In this document: positions 27,713-39,453 of the stretch, piece after piece
Layout: each line of letters begins with the position of its first letter
Numbering within the stretch: position 1 is the stretch's first letter
DNA from: Escherichia coli
GTDB lineage: Bacteria > Pseudomonadota > Gammaproteobacteria > Enterobacterales > Enterobacteriaceae
Length of the DNA stretch: 64,000 bases
Reading direction: 5' to 3' (one strand)
NCBI RefSeq assembly: GCF_050920415.1
Contig: NZ_CP169309.1
Position numbers and translations under genes: made by a program
Notes under the pieces: model-generated
Told to the model about the DNA's origin: nothing
Databases searched by the model: none
What the model saw: only the letters and a program-made list of their open reading frames with translations

Positions 27713-27938
27713 CCCACATAAGCCAGATTCAACAGCGAATACGGCTTCCCCAACTTGCCCACTTCTATACGTCCTCCATACCTGAATTCTATACTGAAGA
27801 TCCTCAATAACTATTCCCCTGCTAACTAAATTCATGGTTAAGGTTGCATAATTACATGCAACAAATGTATAACATTTTCTTTGCCAAAAAATAACGATAA
27901 CCGATAAAGCATCGGATTACGGCAGGAGACATAATGGC

Positions 27939-29237
27939 ATGACTGAAAGTACTGTAACGGCAGACAGCAAACTGACAAGTAGTGATACTCGTCGCCGCAT
28001 CTGGGCAATTGTGGGGGCCTCTTCAGGTAATTTGGTCGAGTGGTTCGATTTCTATGTCTACTCGTTCTGTTCACTCTACTTCGCCCACATCTTCTTCCCT
28101 TCCGGGAACACGACGACTCAACTACTGCAAACAGCAGGTGTTTTTGCTGCGGGATTTCTGATGCGCCCAATAGGCGGTTGGCTATTTGGCCGGATAGCCG
28201 ATAAACATGGTCGCAAAAAATCGATGTTGTTATCGGTGTGTATGATGTGTTTCGGCTCACTGGTTATCGCCTGTTTGCCAGGCTACGAAACAATCGGTAC
28301 CTGGGCTCCGGCATTATTGCTTCTTGCTCGTTTATTCCAGGGATTATCCGTTGGCGGAGAATATGGCACCAGCGCCACCTATATGAGTGAAGTTGCCGTT
28401 GAAGGGCGCAAAGGTTTTTACGCATCATTTCAGTATGTGACGTTGATCGGCGGGCAACTGCTAGCTCTACTGGTTGTCGTGGTTTTACAACACACCATGG
28501 AAGACGCTGCACTCAGAGAGTGGGGATGGCGTATTCCTTTCGCGTTAGGAGCTGTGTTAGCTGTTGTGGCGTTGTGGTTACGTCGTCAGTTAGATGAAAC
28601 TTCACAACAAGAAACACGCGCTTTAAAAGAAGCTGGATCTCTGAAAGGATTATGGCGCAATCGCCGTGCATTCATCATGGTTCTCGGTTTTACCGCTGCG
28701 GGCTCCCTTTGTTTCTATACCTTCACCACTTATATGCAGAAGTATCTGGTAAATACTGCGGGAATGCATGCCAACGTGGCGAGTGGCATTATGACTGCCG
28801 CATTGTTTGTATTCATGCTTATTCAACCACTTATTGGCGCGCTGTCGGATAAGATTGGTCGTCGTACCTCAATGTTATGTTTCGGTTCTCTGGCAACCAT
28901 TTTTACCGTTCCTATTCTCTCAGCATTGCAGAACGTTTCTTCGCCTTATGCCGCTTTTGGTCTAGTGATGTGCGCCCTGCTGATAGTGAGTTTTTATACT
29001 TCAATCAGTGGAATACTAAAGGCTGAAATGTTCCCGGCACAGGTTCGCGCATTAGGTGTTGGTCTGTCGTATGCGGTCGCCAATGCTATATTTGGTGGCT
29101 CAGCAGAGTACGTAGCGTTGTCGCTGAAATCAATAGGAATGGAAACAGCCTTCTTCTGGTATGTGACCTTGATGGCCGTGGTGGCGTTTCTGGTTTCTTT
29201 GATGCTACATCGCAAAGGGAAGGGGATGCGCCTTTAA
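27939..29237 (+). CDS. kgtP: Alpha-ketoglutarate:H+ symporter KgtP (MFS)
   Basis: 432-aa [46 protein letters not shown]... Confidence 0.95.
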   Translation: MTESTVTADSKLTSSDTRRRIWAIVGASSGNLVEWFDFYVYSFCSLYFAHIFFPSGNTTTQLLQTAGVFAAGFLMRPIGGWLFGRIADKHGRKKSMLLSVCMMCFGSLVIACLPGYETIGTWAPALLLLARLFQGLSVGGEYGTSATYMSEVAVEGRKGFYASFQYVTLIGGQLLALLVVVVLQHTMEDAALREWGWRIPFALGAVLAVVALWLRRQLDETSQQETRALKEAGSLKGLWRNRRAFIMVLGFTAAGSLCFYTFTTYMQKYLVNTAGMHANVASGIMTAALFVFMLIQPLIGALSDKIGRRTSMLCFGSLATIFTVPILSALQNVSSPYAAFGLVMCALLIVSFYTSISGILKAEMFPAQVRALGVGLSYAVANAIFGGSAEYVALSLKSIGMETAFFWYVTLMAVVAFLVSLMLHRKGKGMRL

Positions 29238-29557
29238 TTATGCGCCAACTGCCAGACGGTATAGCCAGTAGTTGCACCGGCGACATCCCAGGTAAAATCT
29301 TTCCAGCTCCAGCCGCTCCCCTCGGGGCGGCTATCCCAAAGTTCTTTTGACGCGCCCAGCCCAACAGAGAACATCAGCCCGAAAGTGGCACTGCGATCGC
29401 GACTCATCCCCTGATGCTGTGAATATTCATTTCCGGCAGCGGAAAGCATCGCCGAGGCGATAAAGTGTTGAGCTTTATCCTGCCCGCTCCAGCTATCGTT
29501 AGCCATATGGCTGCATCCAGAAAGTAACAATAGCGAACAGACAAAAAGAATACGCAA
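29234..29557 (-). CDS. yfiM: Lipoprotein YfiM
   Basis: 107-aa ORF with lipobox LLLSGC; 3' end overlaps kgtP stop by 4 nt (convergent). Confidence 0.85.
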   Translation of the reverse strand: MRILFVCSLLLLSGCSHMANDSWSGQDKAQHFIASAMLSAAGNEYSQHQGMSRDRSATFGLMFSVGLGASKELWDSRPEGSGWSWKDFTWDVAGATTGYTVWQLAHN

Positions 29558-29601
29558 AACGTGGCCTCCAAAAACAAACCCCGTACAGGACGGGGTTGTG
29601 A

Positions 29602-30957
29602 TTACAGGATGCGGCTAATTAATCGGTCGATGCGGATACGGCGCAAACGGCGGATAAGTTTACGAACCTTCACCGGATAATCGGCAATGCTTTGCAGATC
29701 GCGGTAGTGCTTAACGATGGTGGTATGCTCGCGGATCAGTTCCAGTTCTTTCTCACGCTGTGGCGCAAGTTCCAGTTGCGGATCGTGAATCAAAATGGCG
29801 TTTTCCAGATCCAGACGCCAGGCGCGTGGGTTCAGGTTATTGCCGGTGATCAGCATCCACTTATCATCAACCCACATCCCTTTCAGGTGATAGGTGTTGT
29901 CGTCGTCTTTCCATAACCGAACCACTAACTGGTCAGTATTGACGTAATACTGCAAACGGCTCAGGAAACGACGCAGATTGATCTCATAGAGATAAGGCAG
30001 TGCACCGATTATCTTGAAAGGTTCATCTTCCGGAATAAAGAAGTCATTCGCAGTTTTATCGCCAACAATAATTTCGACCTTTTTCCCTTCGCGCAGTAAC
30101 TGGATGATATTACGCACAAGGATTGCTGGCAGGTTGAAATATGGTGTACAAATGGTTAGTTTCTGCTCGGCACAAGGCATAAGATGGAAAATGGTCTTGT
30201 TCAACAGACTCGATTTCCCCAGACCTACCAACGGCGTTACGGAAAGCTGATCGTTGTCAGCATCGCCCTGGAAATGATAAGCGGCATCACGCAGCTCCTG
30301 GCGGAACAGACGAATATCGTTCTTGATTTCCGGGCTTTTTGGCCGATTAACATCATCCAGACGATTAACGCCGCGGCCATTCATAATATTCTGTGTAACC
30401 CATTCAAACATAATGTCTGACATCTTACGGTTACGGATCAGATGATAACGGTCGTAGCGATATTTATCGTGCTGATGCAGGTAAACATCGTTCAGGCTGG
30501 CACCGCTATAAAGTACGGTATCGTCGATGATAAAGCCTTTAAAGTGCAGGACGCCAAGGGCTTCACGGGTATTGATTGGAACGCCATAAACCGGAACATC
30601 TACGCCCGGATTTTCCTGCGCCATGCGGCAGTACCAGTCAGCGTTAGTATTAGACGCCGCAGCACCAATGCGTCCACGTTGTGCACGATGCCAGTCGACC
30701 AGCACCCGCACATCCAGTTCCGGACGCTGCCGTTTAGCCTCATACAACGCGTTCAGAATGCCTTTGCCACCGTCATCCTGTTCGAGATACAGGGCGACAA
30801 TGCAAATGCGCTGCTTCGCGCTGGCTATTTTTTCCAGCAGCGTCTCCCGGAAGTCGGCGGGAGCGTAAAAGAAATCGACATCATCAACTGATTGAGAAAT
30901 CTTGGGTAGTTGGGCAAGGTGTTGTTGATGTTTATTACGCTTAAATTTTGACAACAT
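29602..30957 (-). CDS. pssA: CDP-diacylglycerol-serine O-phosphatidyltransferase (phosphatidylserine synthase)
   Basis: [41 protein letters not shown]...; PLD-type HKD motifs. Confidence 0.95.
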   Translation of the reverse strand: MLSKFKRNKHQQHLAQLPKISQSVDDVDFFYAPADFRETLLEKIASAKQRICIVALYLEQDDGGKGILNALYEAKRQRPELDVRVLVDWHRAQRGRIGAAASNTNADWYCRMAQENPGVDVPVYGVPINTREALGVLHFKGFIIDDTVLYSGASLNDVYLHQHDKYRYDRYHLIRNRKMSDIMFEWVTQNIMNGRGVNRLDDVNRPKSPEIKNDIRLFRQELRDAAYHFQGDADNDQLSVTPLVGLGKSSLLNKTIFHLMPCAEQKLTICTPYFNLPAILVRNIIQLLREGKKVEIIVGDKTANDFFIPEDEPFKIIGALPYLYEINLRRFLSRLQYYVNTDQLVVRLWKDDDNTYHLKGMWVDDKWMLITGNNLNPRAWRLDLENAILIHDPQLELAPQREKELELIREHTTIVKHYRDLQSIADYPVKVRKLIRRLRRIRIDRLISRIL

Positions 30958-31070
30958 CACAGTGCATTTCTTCTCTGTTCATTGAAGGGTCCTCTGTGCA
31001 ATGCAGACGACATAAGCGGGCAATAATAACACCAGTCCCGATTAAGTGGTCAACATTTCCAGTACCTTAC

Positions 31071-33731
31071 TCATGATTCCTCGCGCTGGGCAAGATTTAG
31101 CGTAAGCCCAACGATCCCCTCTTCGAGCTGGATATCAACGTTAAACCCGAGCTTGCGGGCCAGCGCCACCATGCCACGATTGTTTGGCATCGTAATACCA
31201 TTCAGACGTTGCAGTCCGTGATCTCGCGTATAGGTAATCAACTTTTCCATTAAGCGTCGACCTAAGCCTAACCCTTTGAGATCCGAGCGAACCAGCACGG
31301 CAAATTCGGCATCGATGTTATCAGGATCGGAGATCGCACGCGTGACGCCGAGGATCTCTTCCGTTTGATCAATACGTCGTACCGCTACAAACGCCATTTC
31401 CCGATCGTAGTCGATCTGCGTCATGTTGGCTAAATCTTCATGGGTAAATTCGTTGATCTCGCTAAAGTAGCGGTAATAAAGATCTTCTTTGGTGACTCGC
31501 GAAATGAATTGCTGAAGCTGTGGCTCATCTTCCGGCAAAATCGGGCGGAACAAGCAACGTTCGCCGTTTTTCAATTCTACCCATTCTTCCAGCTGATGAG
31601 GATAAGGGCGCACAGCCAGGCGACTCTCGTTATCGCCTTCAAACGGAGCGATATCCAGCGTGACATCAAGCGCGGTAAATTCATTGCCGGAAGCCAGCAA
31701 AGGATGAATATCCAGCCTCTGAATCTCCGGACAATCAACAATCAAGTTAGAAACCTGCACCAGTAACTGGCTTAATCCCGCCACATCCAGCGGGCGTAGC
31801 GCACTACGCGCACGAATCTTTTTACTTTTGATCCCCTGAATGACCAGATAACGTGCCAGGTTCATGTTCAGCGGCGGTAGTGCGACGACGGCTTGATCTT
31901 CAGGACGCCACTCCACACCGCCTTCGCCCAGCATGATCAACGGTCCGAAAACCGGATCGTGCTCAACCACTACTCGCAACTCCTGAGCGCCAGCACGGTT
32001 AGCCATACTTTGTACCAGCAGGCCGTGGATACGCGCCTGCGGCCAGGCCATTTTTACGCGATCGAAAATAGCATTTGCGGCTTGCTGGACTTCATTGGCT
32101 GTACGCAAGTAGAGCATGACGCCCTGAACTTCTGATTTATGTGGAATATCCGGCGAGCGTAATTTTAGTGCCACCGGATAACCAATCTGTTCGGCAATAT
32201 GCACAGCCTCGGTGCTGTCAGTGGCAATCCAGGTGGGAAGTGTGTTCATGCCGTACGCTTGCAGGATAGGCTGAACTTCATGGGTATCGAGCGACGTTGC
32301 CCCTTCGACAATGGCCTGTTGCAACAGAAGATGCGCTTCTGCGGTATTAGAGGTCAGATTGCTGGGCAACGCCGGCGTTTCGCGTAGTTGCTTCTGATTA
32401 CGCCGGTACTCCACCATATGCATAAAAGCGGTGATGGTTCCTTCCGGGGTGCGGTAGGTCGGCAGCCCGGCTTCGCTGAATAAACGTCGTGCCTCTTGCG
32501 AGGAGTGCTCGCCGCACCAGTTCGTCAGCAGAGAAACATACTTGCTGCGGGGATGATGCTTTACCGCTTCAATTAATGCATGTGCGCTTTCTGTTGCGGG
32601 AGCAGCGGCGCTGGGCGAATGAATAACCATCAGCGCATCAAAATCCTGACTGTGGAGCAGAATATCCAGCGTTTTAATATAATGCTCACTACTGGCGTCA
32701 TCACGAAGATCGAGCGGGTTAGAGATTGCCACATGTTCTGGCAGTGCATCGCGCAATTTCTGGCAGGTTTCTTCACTGAGCGTAGCCAGCTTGCCATTGC
32801 GTGACCATAAGGCATCCAGCGCCAGTGCGGCAGGTGCTGCACCGTTGCTGATAATCATCAGCCGCTCTCCACGTAGCGGGCGCATATGGCTAAGGGTTTC
32901 GACTGCCGAAAACAGCTCGTGGGTATCCTGTACTCGCAACAAACCGGCGCGCTGAATAGCTGCATCCCAAGCAGGATCCATTCCTGCCGTGGTGTTCAGT
33001 AGTCGTTGCGCCGCCGGGCTACGTCCACTTTTAATCACCAGAATCGGTTTATTACGTGAGGCGCTACGTGCAGCCGAAACAAAACGTCGCGCATCACTTA
33101 ATTGTTCGAGGTAGAGCAGGATTGCACTGGTTTTGCTGTCGCGCGCCAGATAATCGAGCAATTCATCAACGTCGATATCCAGGCTGTCGCCGAGAGCAAT
33201 AAAGTAGGAAAAGCCCATTTCCCGCTGTTGTGCCCAGTCGAGGATGGTATTGGAGACGGCGGCAGACTGCGAAATAAACGCCAGTTTGCCGCGTTTAATC
33301 GGTACAGGCGAAAAGCTGGCATTCAGGCCTTGCCAGGGGGCCAGTAATCCCAGACTGTTTGGCCCCAGCAGACGCATGTTATGGCGCAGGGCGCAGGCGC
33401 GGAGATCTTCGTGTTGCGATACCGGGGCGGAAAGAATAATGCAGGTTTTACAGCCTTTCTCGCCGAGCTCTTCCAGAAGAGCAAGATTGCGGCTGGCATT
33501 GGTACATAAAACCGCAAGATCGGGTGTAAAGGGCAGGCTGGCAATATCCGGCCAGGCCAACACACCCAACACCGCTTTCCAGGCAGGCGTCACCGGGAGT
33601 ACCGGCCCGTTAAATCCCCCCGCCAGCAGGTTACGCATCATCAGATAACCTGCGCGATTGGGTTTCATCGATGCGCCAATTACCGCAATCGATTTTGGTC
33701 GCAGTAATGCTTCCAGTCCTCGCTGACTCAT
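31071..33731 (-). CDS. patZ: Protein lysine acetyltransferase PatZ/Pka (YfiQ)
   Basis: 886-aa ORF with CoA-binding, ATP-grasp and C-terminal GNAT regions. Confidence 0.95.
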   Translation of the reverse strand: MSQRGLEALLRPKSIAVIGASMKPNRAGYLMMRNLLAGGFNGPVLPVTPAWKAVLGVLAWPDIASLPFTPDLAVLCTNASRNLALLEELGEKGCKTCIILSAPVSQHEDLRACALRHNMRLLGPNSLGLLAPWQGLNASFSPVPIKRGKLAFISQSAAVSNTILDWAQQREMGFSYFIALGDSLDIDVDELLDYLARDSKTSAILLYLEQLSDARRFVSAARSASRNKPILVIKSGRSPAAQRLLNTTAGMDPAWDAAIQRAGLLRVQDTHELFSAVETLSHMRPLRGERLMIISNGAAPAALALDALWSRNGKLATLSEETCQKLRDALPEHVAISNPLDLRDDASSEHYIKTLDILLHSQDFDALMVIHSPSAAAPATESAHALIEAVKHHPRSKYVSLLTNWCGEHSSQEARRLFSEAGLPTYRTPEGTITAFMHMVEYRRNQKQLRETPALPSNLTSNTAEAHLLLQQAIVEGATSLDTHEVQPILQAYGMNTLPTWIATDSTEAVHIAEQIGYPVALKLRSPDIPHKSEVQGVMLYLRTANEVQQAANAIFDRVKMAWPQARIHGLLVQSMANRAGAQELRVVVEHDPVFGPLIMLGEGGVEWRPEDQAVVALPPLNMNLARYLVIQGIKSKKIRARSALRPLDVAGLSQLLVQVSNLIVDCPEIQRLDIHPLLASGNEFTALDVTLDIAPFEGDNESRLAVRPYPHQLEEWVELKNGERCLFRPILPEDEPQLQQFISRVTKEDLYYRYFSEINEFTHEDLANMTQIDYDREMAFVAVRRIDQTEEILGVTRAISDPDNIDAEFAVLVRSDLKGLGLGRRLMEKLITYTRDHGLQRLNGITMPNNRGMVALARKLGFNVDIQLEEGIVGLTLNLAQREES

Positions 33732-33762
33732 ATCGGTCTCCCGCAGAAGTGACCGAATGATT

Positions 33763-34461
33763 TTAAACGCTTTCTAACTGTTCTGCTGTGATGCTACCCA
33801 GATGTTGCGTTTTTCCTGCCAGATAGCGTGTTTTAAAGCGGGTGAAATACTCGCCTAGACCTGCCGCCGCTCCGGTATCGCCGGCCATATCTAACAGTGC
33901 GATGGCAACTTCGGCAGTGCAGTATTGGCCTTCAGCCTGGGCTTCACGCAGGCGATAGGCAGATAGCCGGGAAAGATCGACGGAAATGACGGGGAGATTA
34001 TCCAGATACGGACTTTTACGAAACATCTTGCGAGCTTCCGGCCAGGTACCATCGAGCATGATAAACAGCGGTGGCTTACCAGCAGGTGGTGTAAAAATCA
34101 CTTCCCGTTGTTCATTAGCATATGAGGCAGGGAAGACCACCACCGGTTGATAATCCGGGTTTTGTACCAGAGCCAGCAAATCCTGCGAGGGTTCGGTACG
34201 GGACCATTGAAACGCGACGGTATTTGGCAAGATATCGGCAATCAGACGCCCGGTGTTACTGGGCTTCATTGGCTCGGTGTCGAACATCAGCAAACAAAAG
34301 CGACTTTTAGCTTCCGCTGGAGTAATTGTCGAACAGAGACATAATTTCTCTGGCAAAAGACAGCGTTGGCAGCGACGAACGCGATTACCGCGGGCAAGAA
34401 AAGGACGTGTTGCGCGCGCAATACGCTCGGCGCGTAACTGGAGAACAGCGTTTTCGGTCAT
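33763..34461 (-). CDS. tapT: DTW-domain tRNA aminocarboxypropyltransferase TapT (YfiP)
   Basis: MTENAVLQLRAERIARATRPFLARGNRVRRCQRCLLPEKLCLC...DGTW motif; ORF track starts 66 nt upstream. Confidence 0.85.
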   Translation of the reverse strand: MTENAVLQLRAERIARATRPFLARGNRVRRCQRCLLPEKLCLCSTITPAEAKSRFCLLMFDTEPMKPSNTGRLIADILPNTVAFQWSRTEPSQDLLALVQNPDYQPVVVFPASYANEQREVIFTPPAGKPPLFIMLDGTWPEARKMFRKSPYLDNLPVISVDLSRLSAYRLREAQAEGQYCTAEVAIALLDMAGDTGAAAGLGEYFTRFKTRYLAGKTQHLGSITAEQLESV

Positions 34462-34529
34462 AAGAGAGCGTCGAAAAAACGCCATTGTCGCAGAGGAGAA
34501 AACGGGGCACAAGATGCACCCCGACAAGA

Positions 34530-34949
34530 TTAAAGCGATTCGTTCAGCCAGCTATCGAAAGGTGCTTTTGGTACTGCGCCATTAAGCATGTCGACAACCT
34601 GACCGTTTTTGAAAATCATGATTGTCGGAATGCTACGAATACCAAAGCGGCTGCTTAATTCACGTTCAGCTTCGGTATTCACTTTCACAAAGCGCACTTT
34701 ACCGCTACGCTCTTGCGCAACATCTTCAAAAATTGGTGCGAAATTACGGCAGGGGCCGCACCACGGCGCCCAGAAGTCGATCACCACAGGCAGATCATCT
34801 TTCAGCAATTTATCGAGCGTTTCACCGGTCGCATTAATCACCTCTCCGTCAAACAAGTCGTGACCGCAGCGTCCGCATTTTGCCGCATCTTCGATCCGAT
34901 CGTCGGGAATGCGATTGATGGCCTGACAATGGGTACAAACGGTATTCAT
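34530..34949 (-). CDS. trxC: Thioredoxin 2
   Basis: 139-aa ORF with N-terminal zinc-finger cysteines (CTHC, CGRC) and WCGPC active site. Confidence 0.95.
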
Positions 34950-35155
34950 AACTAACCTCGGGATGAGTAAGGAGACTTATCGGCAACGACGCCGGTATGT
35001 TTCTAATATGTTACATATTATCGGGGACATTGTTCCAGACAACAATCTGTTTTATTCAATAGGTATGATAGTCGCAGGCTTTGGTACGAAATCATGGCGA
35101 ACCGCGCGCACTTCGGGTAATCTGCGCGCTTCGCGCAGCGCTGGTGGAGAAAAGC

Positions 35156-36193
35156 ATGAACGATGAGATGAAAGGTAAAAGCGGCAAGGTCAAAGTGATG
35201 TATGTCCGCAGTGATGATGATTCTGATAAACGTACCCATAACCCGCGTACCGGGAAAGGGGGCGGGCGTCCAGGAAAATCTCGTGCCGACGGTGGCCGTC
35301 GCCCCGCCCGCGATGACAAACAAAGTCAGCCCCGTGACCGCAAGTGGGAAGAGTCTCCGTGGCGCACGGTTTCCCGCGCGCCGGGTGATGAGACGCCGGA
35401 AAAGGCCGATCACGGTGGCATCAGTGGTAAAAGTTTTATTGATCCGGAAGTGTTGCGTCGTCAGCGTGCGGAAGAAACCCGCGTCTACGGCGAAAACGCC
35501 TGTCAGGCACTGTTCCAGAGCCGCCCCGAAGCGATTGTTCGCGCCTGGTTTATTCAGAGCGTAACGCCACGTTTTAAAGAAGCATTGCGCTGGATGGCGG
35601 CAAACCGCAAAGCGTATCATGTGGTGGATGAAGCGGAACTGACCAAAGCGTCAGGCACGGAACATCACGGCGGCGTTTGCTTCCTGATCAAAAAGCGTAA
35701 CGGTACAACCGTGCAGCAGTGGGTAAGTCAGGCAGGTGCGCAGGATTGTGTACTGGCACTGGAAAACGAATCTAACCCGCATAACCTGGGTGGCATGATG
35801 CGCAGTTGCGCGCACTTCGGCGTGAAAGGCGTTGTGGTGCAGGATGCGGCGTTGCTGGAATCCGGTGCGGCTATCCGTACCGCAGAAGGCGGTGCAGAGC
35901 ATGTTCAGCCGATTACTGGCGACAACATTGTTAACGTGCTGGATGACTTCCGCCAGGCGGGTTACACCGTAGTGACCACCTCCAGCGAGCAGGGTAAACC
36001 GCTGTTCAAAACCAGTCTGCCAGAGAAAATGGTGCTAGTGCTGGGTCAGGAATATGAAGGGTTACCGGATGCCGCACGCGATCCGAACGATTTGCGCGTG
36101 AAGATTGACGGAACTGGCAATGTTGCCGGGCTGAATATCTCTGTTGCAACCGGCGTTTTGCTTGGCGAATGGTGGCGTCAGAACAAAGCCTGA
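35156..36193 (+). CDS. yfiF: SpoU-family RNA 2'-O-methyltransferase YfiF
   Basis: 345 aa from ATG 35156: [42 protein letters not shown]... Confidence 0.9.
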   Translation: MNDEMKGKSGKVKVMYVRSDDDSDKRTHNPRTGKGGGRPGKSRADGGRRPARDDKQSQPRDRKWEESPWRTVSRAPGDETPEKADHGGISGKSFIDPEVLRRQRAEETRVYGENACQALFQSRPEAIVRAWFIQSVTPRFKEALRWMAANRKAYHVVDEAELTKASGTEHHGGVCFLIKKRNGTTVQQWVSQAGAQDCVLALENESNPHNLGGMMRSCAHFGVKGVVVQDAALLESGAAIRTAEGGAEHVQPITGDNIVNVLDDFRQAGYTVVTTSSEQGKPLFKTSLPEKMVLVLGQEYEGLPDAARDPNDLRVKIDGTGNVAGLNISVATGVLLGEWWRQNKA

Positions 36194-36200
36194 TAAATCA

Positions 36201-36232
36201 GCCGGGTGGCAATTCTGCCATCCGGCGTTTTC
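36201..36232. terminator. Bidirectional terminator between convergent yfiF and ung
   Basis: Hairpin gccgggtggca/tgccatccggc with attc loop and flanking T-run. Confidence 0.55.
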
Positions 36233-36240
36233 CCTTAAAT

Positions 36241-36930
36241 TTACTCACTCTCTGCCGGTAATACTGGCATCCAGTCAATCGGTTTCTCGCCACGTTGTTC
36301 CAGCCACTGATTTGCCAGCACAAAATGATTGCAGCCAAAGAATCCACGATGTGCAGAAAGCGGCGATGGATGCGGCGCTTTCAGTACGTGGTGGCGTTGC
36401 TTATCTATAATCGCCCCTTTCTTTTGCGCATGTGATCCCCACAACAAAAACACCACGCCTTCGCGGTGCTGGTTAATCAGGCTGATGACTTTGTCGGTGA
36501 AGGTCTCCCAACCGAGGCTGGCGTGGGAATGCGCCTGACCTGCGCGAACCGTCAAGACGGTATTGAGCAGCAAAACGCCCTGACGCGCCCAGCTCTCAAG
36601 ATAGCCATGATCAGGGCGGGTAAAGCCGGGAATGGTATTTTCCAACTCTTTATACATATTCAGTAATGACGGAGGAATGGCGATTCCGGGACGAACAGAA
36701 AATGCCAGACCATGCGCTTGCCCGGGGCCATGATAGGGGTCCTGACCGAGGATCACGACTTTGACATCGCCCAACTCGGTAAAGCGAAAGGCGTTAAAGA
36801 CATCTTTTTGTGGTGGATAGATAGTGATGCCGGACTGCCGCTCGCTGGCGACGGTTTGAAGGGTATTAAGGAAATAGGGTTGTTGCTTCTCTTCAGCCAG
36901 CACGTCATGCCAGGTTAATTCGTTAGCCAT
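36241..36930 (-). CDS. ung: Uracil-DNA glycosylase
   Basis: 229-aa [82 protein letters not shown]... Confidence 0.97.
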   Translation of the reverse strand: MANELTWHDVLAEEKQQPYFLNTLQTVASERQSGITIYPPQKDVFNAFRFTELGDVKVVILGQDPYHGPGQAHGLAFSVRPGIAIPPSLLNMYKELENTIPGFTRPDHGYLESWARQGVLLLNTVLTVRAGQAHSHASLGWETFTDKVISLINQHREGVVFLLWGSHAQKKGAIIDKQRHHVLKAPHPSPLSAHRGFFGCNHFVLANQWLEQRGEKPIDWMPVLPAESE

Positions 36931-37113
36931 CTCGCTCTCCTGCGAATTTTCAATCCGCCTAGCTTAACTGCTTCTTTCTACAGAACAAAACCAAGCTCAT
37001 TTTTTAGACTTTAATGAGTGCAAAAAAATGTAAATTGGTAAAATTTCACACCCGTATAAGTTGATGTAAAACAATAAAATCCATTTGCGACCACACTTGA
37101 TGCGTGGTTTTTA

Positions 37114-37127
37114 TTGATTTAAATCAA
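37114..37127. promoter_or_regulatory. grcA: FNR-type site in the grcA promoter
   Basis: TTGAT-TTAA-ATCAA perfect FNR half-sites ~110 bp upstream of the grcA ATG. Confidence 0.6.
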
Positions 37128-37234
37128 TGAATCAAGGGTGTTTGAGGAGTATATATACACTCAAGCAACAATGGTTTTACCAATTGGCCGCGACAGGCTA
37201 AACAAATCAAATAATTTTGCCGGGGAGGCATCAC

Positions 37235-37618
37235 ATGATTACAGGTATCCAGATTACTAAAGCTGCTAATGACGATCTGCTGAACTCTTTCTGGCTGCTG
37301 GACAGCGAAAAAGGCGAAGCGCGTTGCATCGTTGCGAAAGCAGGTTTTGCAGAAGACGAAGTGGTTGCAGTAAGCAAACTGGGTGACATTGAATACCGTG
37401 AAGTTCCAGTAGAAGTTAAACCAGAAGTTCGCGTTGAAGGTGGTCAGCACCTGAACGTAAACGTTCTGCGTCGTGAAACTCTGGAAGATGCAGTTAAGCA
37501 TCCGGAAAAATATCCGCAGCTGACCATCCGTGTATCCGGTTATGCAGTTCGCTTTAACTCTCTGACTCCGGAACAGCAGCGCGATGTTATCGCTCGTACC
37601 TTTACTGAAAGCCTGTAA
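37235..37618 (+). CDS. grcA: Autonomous glycyl radical cofactor GrcA (YfiD)
   Basis: 127 aa [61 protein letters not shown]...[29 protein letters not shown]. Confidence 0.95.
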
Positions 37619-37640
37619 GGTTTAAGTAGCAAGTTACTAA

Positions 37641-37671
37641 GCGGAAGAGGGCGACCTCTTCCGCTTTTTTT
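37641..37671. terminator. Bidirectional terminator between grcA and eamB
   Basis: Hairpin gcggaagagggcgacctcttccgc followed by T7. Confidence 0.65.
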
Positions 37672-37673
37672 CA

Positions 37674-38261
37674 TTAACAGAAAATGCGCACCGCGCAATA
37701 GACCAGCAACAACGCCAGCACGATATTTAACTGGCGACCATACTGGCGAAACAATCGCTGAAACAGATGCCCCGCCAGCGCCCAGCACACATTGCCAAAG
37801 GTCCCAATCATTGCCAGCAAAACGCTGACGCCAATCACCCAGCTTAACGCCTGCGTTTGTGGCAGGACAAATGTCGACAGTGCTGTAATGCCGTACAAAA
37901 TAATTTTGACGTTCACAAACTGCAAAGCAAAGCTGGCCCAGAAGCTGATCGGTTTGGCCTGAAGTCCGTCTTCCTTGGTTGGACTGGTAGCGATTTTCCA
38001 CGCCAGCCAGACAATATATGCCGCTCCTGCCCAACTCAAAAGGTGCACCGCTGCCGGGTCAATAACAGCCAGTGAAAATGAAATTCCTGCACACAGTAAC
38101 ATCACAATCAAAAATCCCAGACTCATCCCTGCCAGCACGTGGGTACTCCGACGAAATCCATGCGACGTGGCAGAGCTAAGAGCGAGTATATTGTTTGGTC
38201 CTGGCGTCAGGGCGGTAATCAGGGTGTAGGTCCAAAAAGCACTTAAAAGGGTCGGTGTCAC
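37674..38261 (-). CDS. eamB: Cysteine/O-acetylserine exporter EamB (YfiK), RhtB/LysE family
   Basis: 195-aa polytopic membrane ORF MTPTLLSAFWTYTLITALTPGPNNILALSSATSHGF... Confidence 0.9.
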   Translation of the reverse strand: MTPTLLSAFWTYTLITALTPGPNNILALSSATSHGFRRSTHVLAGMSLGFLIVMLLCAGISFSLAVIDPAAVHLLSWAGAAYIVWLAWKIATSPTKEDGLQAKPISFWASFALQFVNVKIILYGITALSTFVLPQTQALSWVIGVSVLLAMIGTFGNVCWALAGHLFQRLFRQYGRQLNIVLALLLVYCAVRIFC

Positions 38262-38363
38262 TTGTTATCTCCTCTGTTTTGGTAGACAGTACCCGACACA
38301 AAACATTTAAAAAAATGAATGTTTTAACATTCTAAATTCGATATTTTCGATAGGTTTGGGGTT

Positions 38364-39245
38364 ATGGATCTGCGCCGTTTTATTACGCTTAAAACCGTGG
38401 TGGAAGAGGGTTCCTTTTTGCGAGCTTCGCAAAAATTGTGCTGCACACAATCGACGGTGACTTTTCATATTCAGCAGCTTGAACAGGAGTTCTCAGTACA
38501 ATTGTTTGAGAAAATTGGTCGACGCATGTGCCTCACTCGCGAAGGCAAAAAGTTGCTGCCGCACATCTATGAACTCACCAGAGTGATGGATACGCTTCGT
38601 GAGGCTGCCAAAAAAGAGTCTGATCCGGACGGAGAACTGCGCGTTGTTTCAGGCGAAACGCTGCTCTCTTACCGAATGCCGCAGGTGTTGCAGCGTTTTC
38701 GGCAACGTGCACCAAAAGTGCGTTTATCACTGCAGTCGCTGAACTGTTACGTGATCCGTGATGCTCTACTGAATGATGAGGCCGACGTCGGTGTTTTTTA
38801 TCGCGTAGGAAATGATGATGCTCTGAATCGACGAGAATTGGGTGAACAATCGCTGGTGCTGGTGGCTTCACCGCAAATTGCAGATGTCGATTTTACCCAG
38901 CCGGGAAGACATAACGCCTGTAGTTTTATTATCAACGAACCGCAATGTGTCTTCCGGCAGATATTTGAGAGCACGCTGCGCCAGCGGCGGATCACGGTGG
39001 AAAATACCATTGAGCTTATAAGTATCGAAAGCATAAAGCGTTGTGTCGCGGCGAATATCGGAGTTAGCTATCTGCCGCGTTTTGCGGTGGCAAAAGAGTT
39101 GGAGTGCGGAGAATTAATCGAATTGCCTTTTGGCGAACAGTCGCAGACCATTACGGCAATGTGCGCACACCATGCCGGGAAAGCGGTTAGCCCGGCGATG
39201 CACACTTTTATTCAGTGTGTTGAAGAGTGTTTTTTGCCGGGATAA
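38364..39245 (+). CDS. yfiE: LysR-family transcriptional regulator YfiE
   Basis: 293-aa ORF with N-terminal LysR HTH; divergent from eamB. Confidence 0.9.
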   Translation: MDLRRFITLKTVVEEGSFLRASQKLCCTQSTVTFHIQQLEQEFSVQLFEKIGRRMCLTREGKKLLPHIYELTRVMDTLREAAKKESDPDGELRVVSGETLLSYRMPQVLQRFRQRAPKVRLSLQSLNCYVIRDALLNDEADVGVFYRVGNDDALNRRELGEQSLVLVASPQIADVDFTQPGRHNACSFIINEPQCVFRQIFESTLRQRRITVENTIELISIESIKRCVAANIGVSYLPRFAVAKELECGELIELPFGEQSQTITAMCAHHAGKAVSPAMHTFIQCVEECFLPG

Positions 39246-39249
39246 AAAT

Positions 39250-39450
39250 AATGCCGGGCTTAAACCCGGCACCCAACTTGTCGACGAAGTGCGTTTTGTT
39301 CATGCCGGATGCGGCGTGAACGCCTTATCCGGCCTACAAGATCGTGCAAATTCAATATATTGCATGAGCCATGTAGGCCTGATAAGCGTAGCGCATCAGG
39401 CAGTTTTGCGTTTGCCAGCACTTTTAATTCCGGGCTTAAACCCGGAATTA
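39250..39450. repeat. BIME/REP cluster: two inverted REP units bracketed by two copies of the palindrome ccgggcttaaacccgg
   Basis: Palindromes at 39253-39270 and 39428-39449; REP-like gccggatgcggcgtgaacgccttatccggcctac 39304-39337 and inverted gtaggcctgataagcgtagcgcatcaggca 39373-39402. Confidence 0.6.
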
Positions 39451-39453
39451 AGA

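Noticed and set aside
27844-27861. Dyad TTGCAT-N6-ATGCAA about 80 bp upstream of kgtP
   Set aside because: Only 6-bp arms in AT-rich promoter DNA, expected by chance; no known regulator I can confidently assign.
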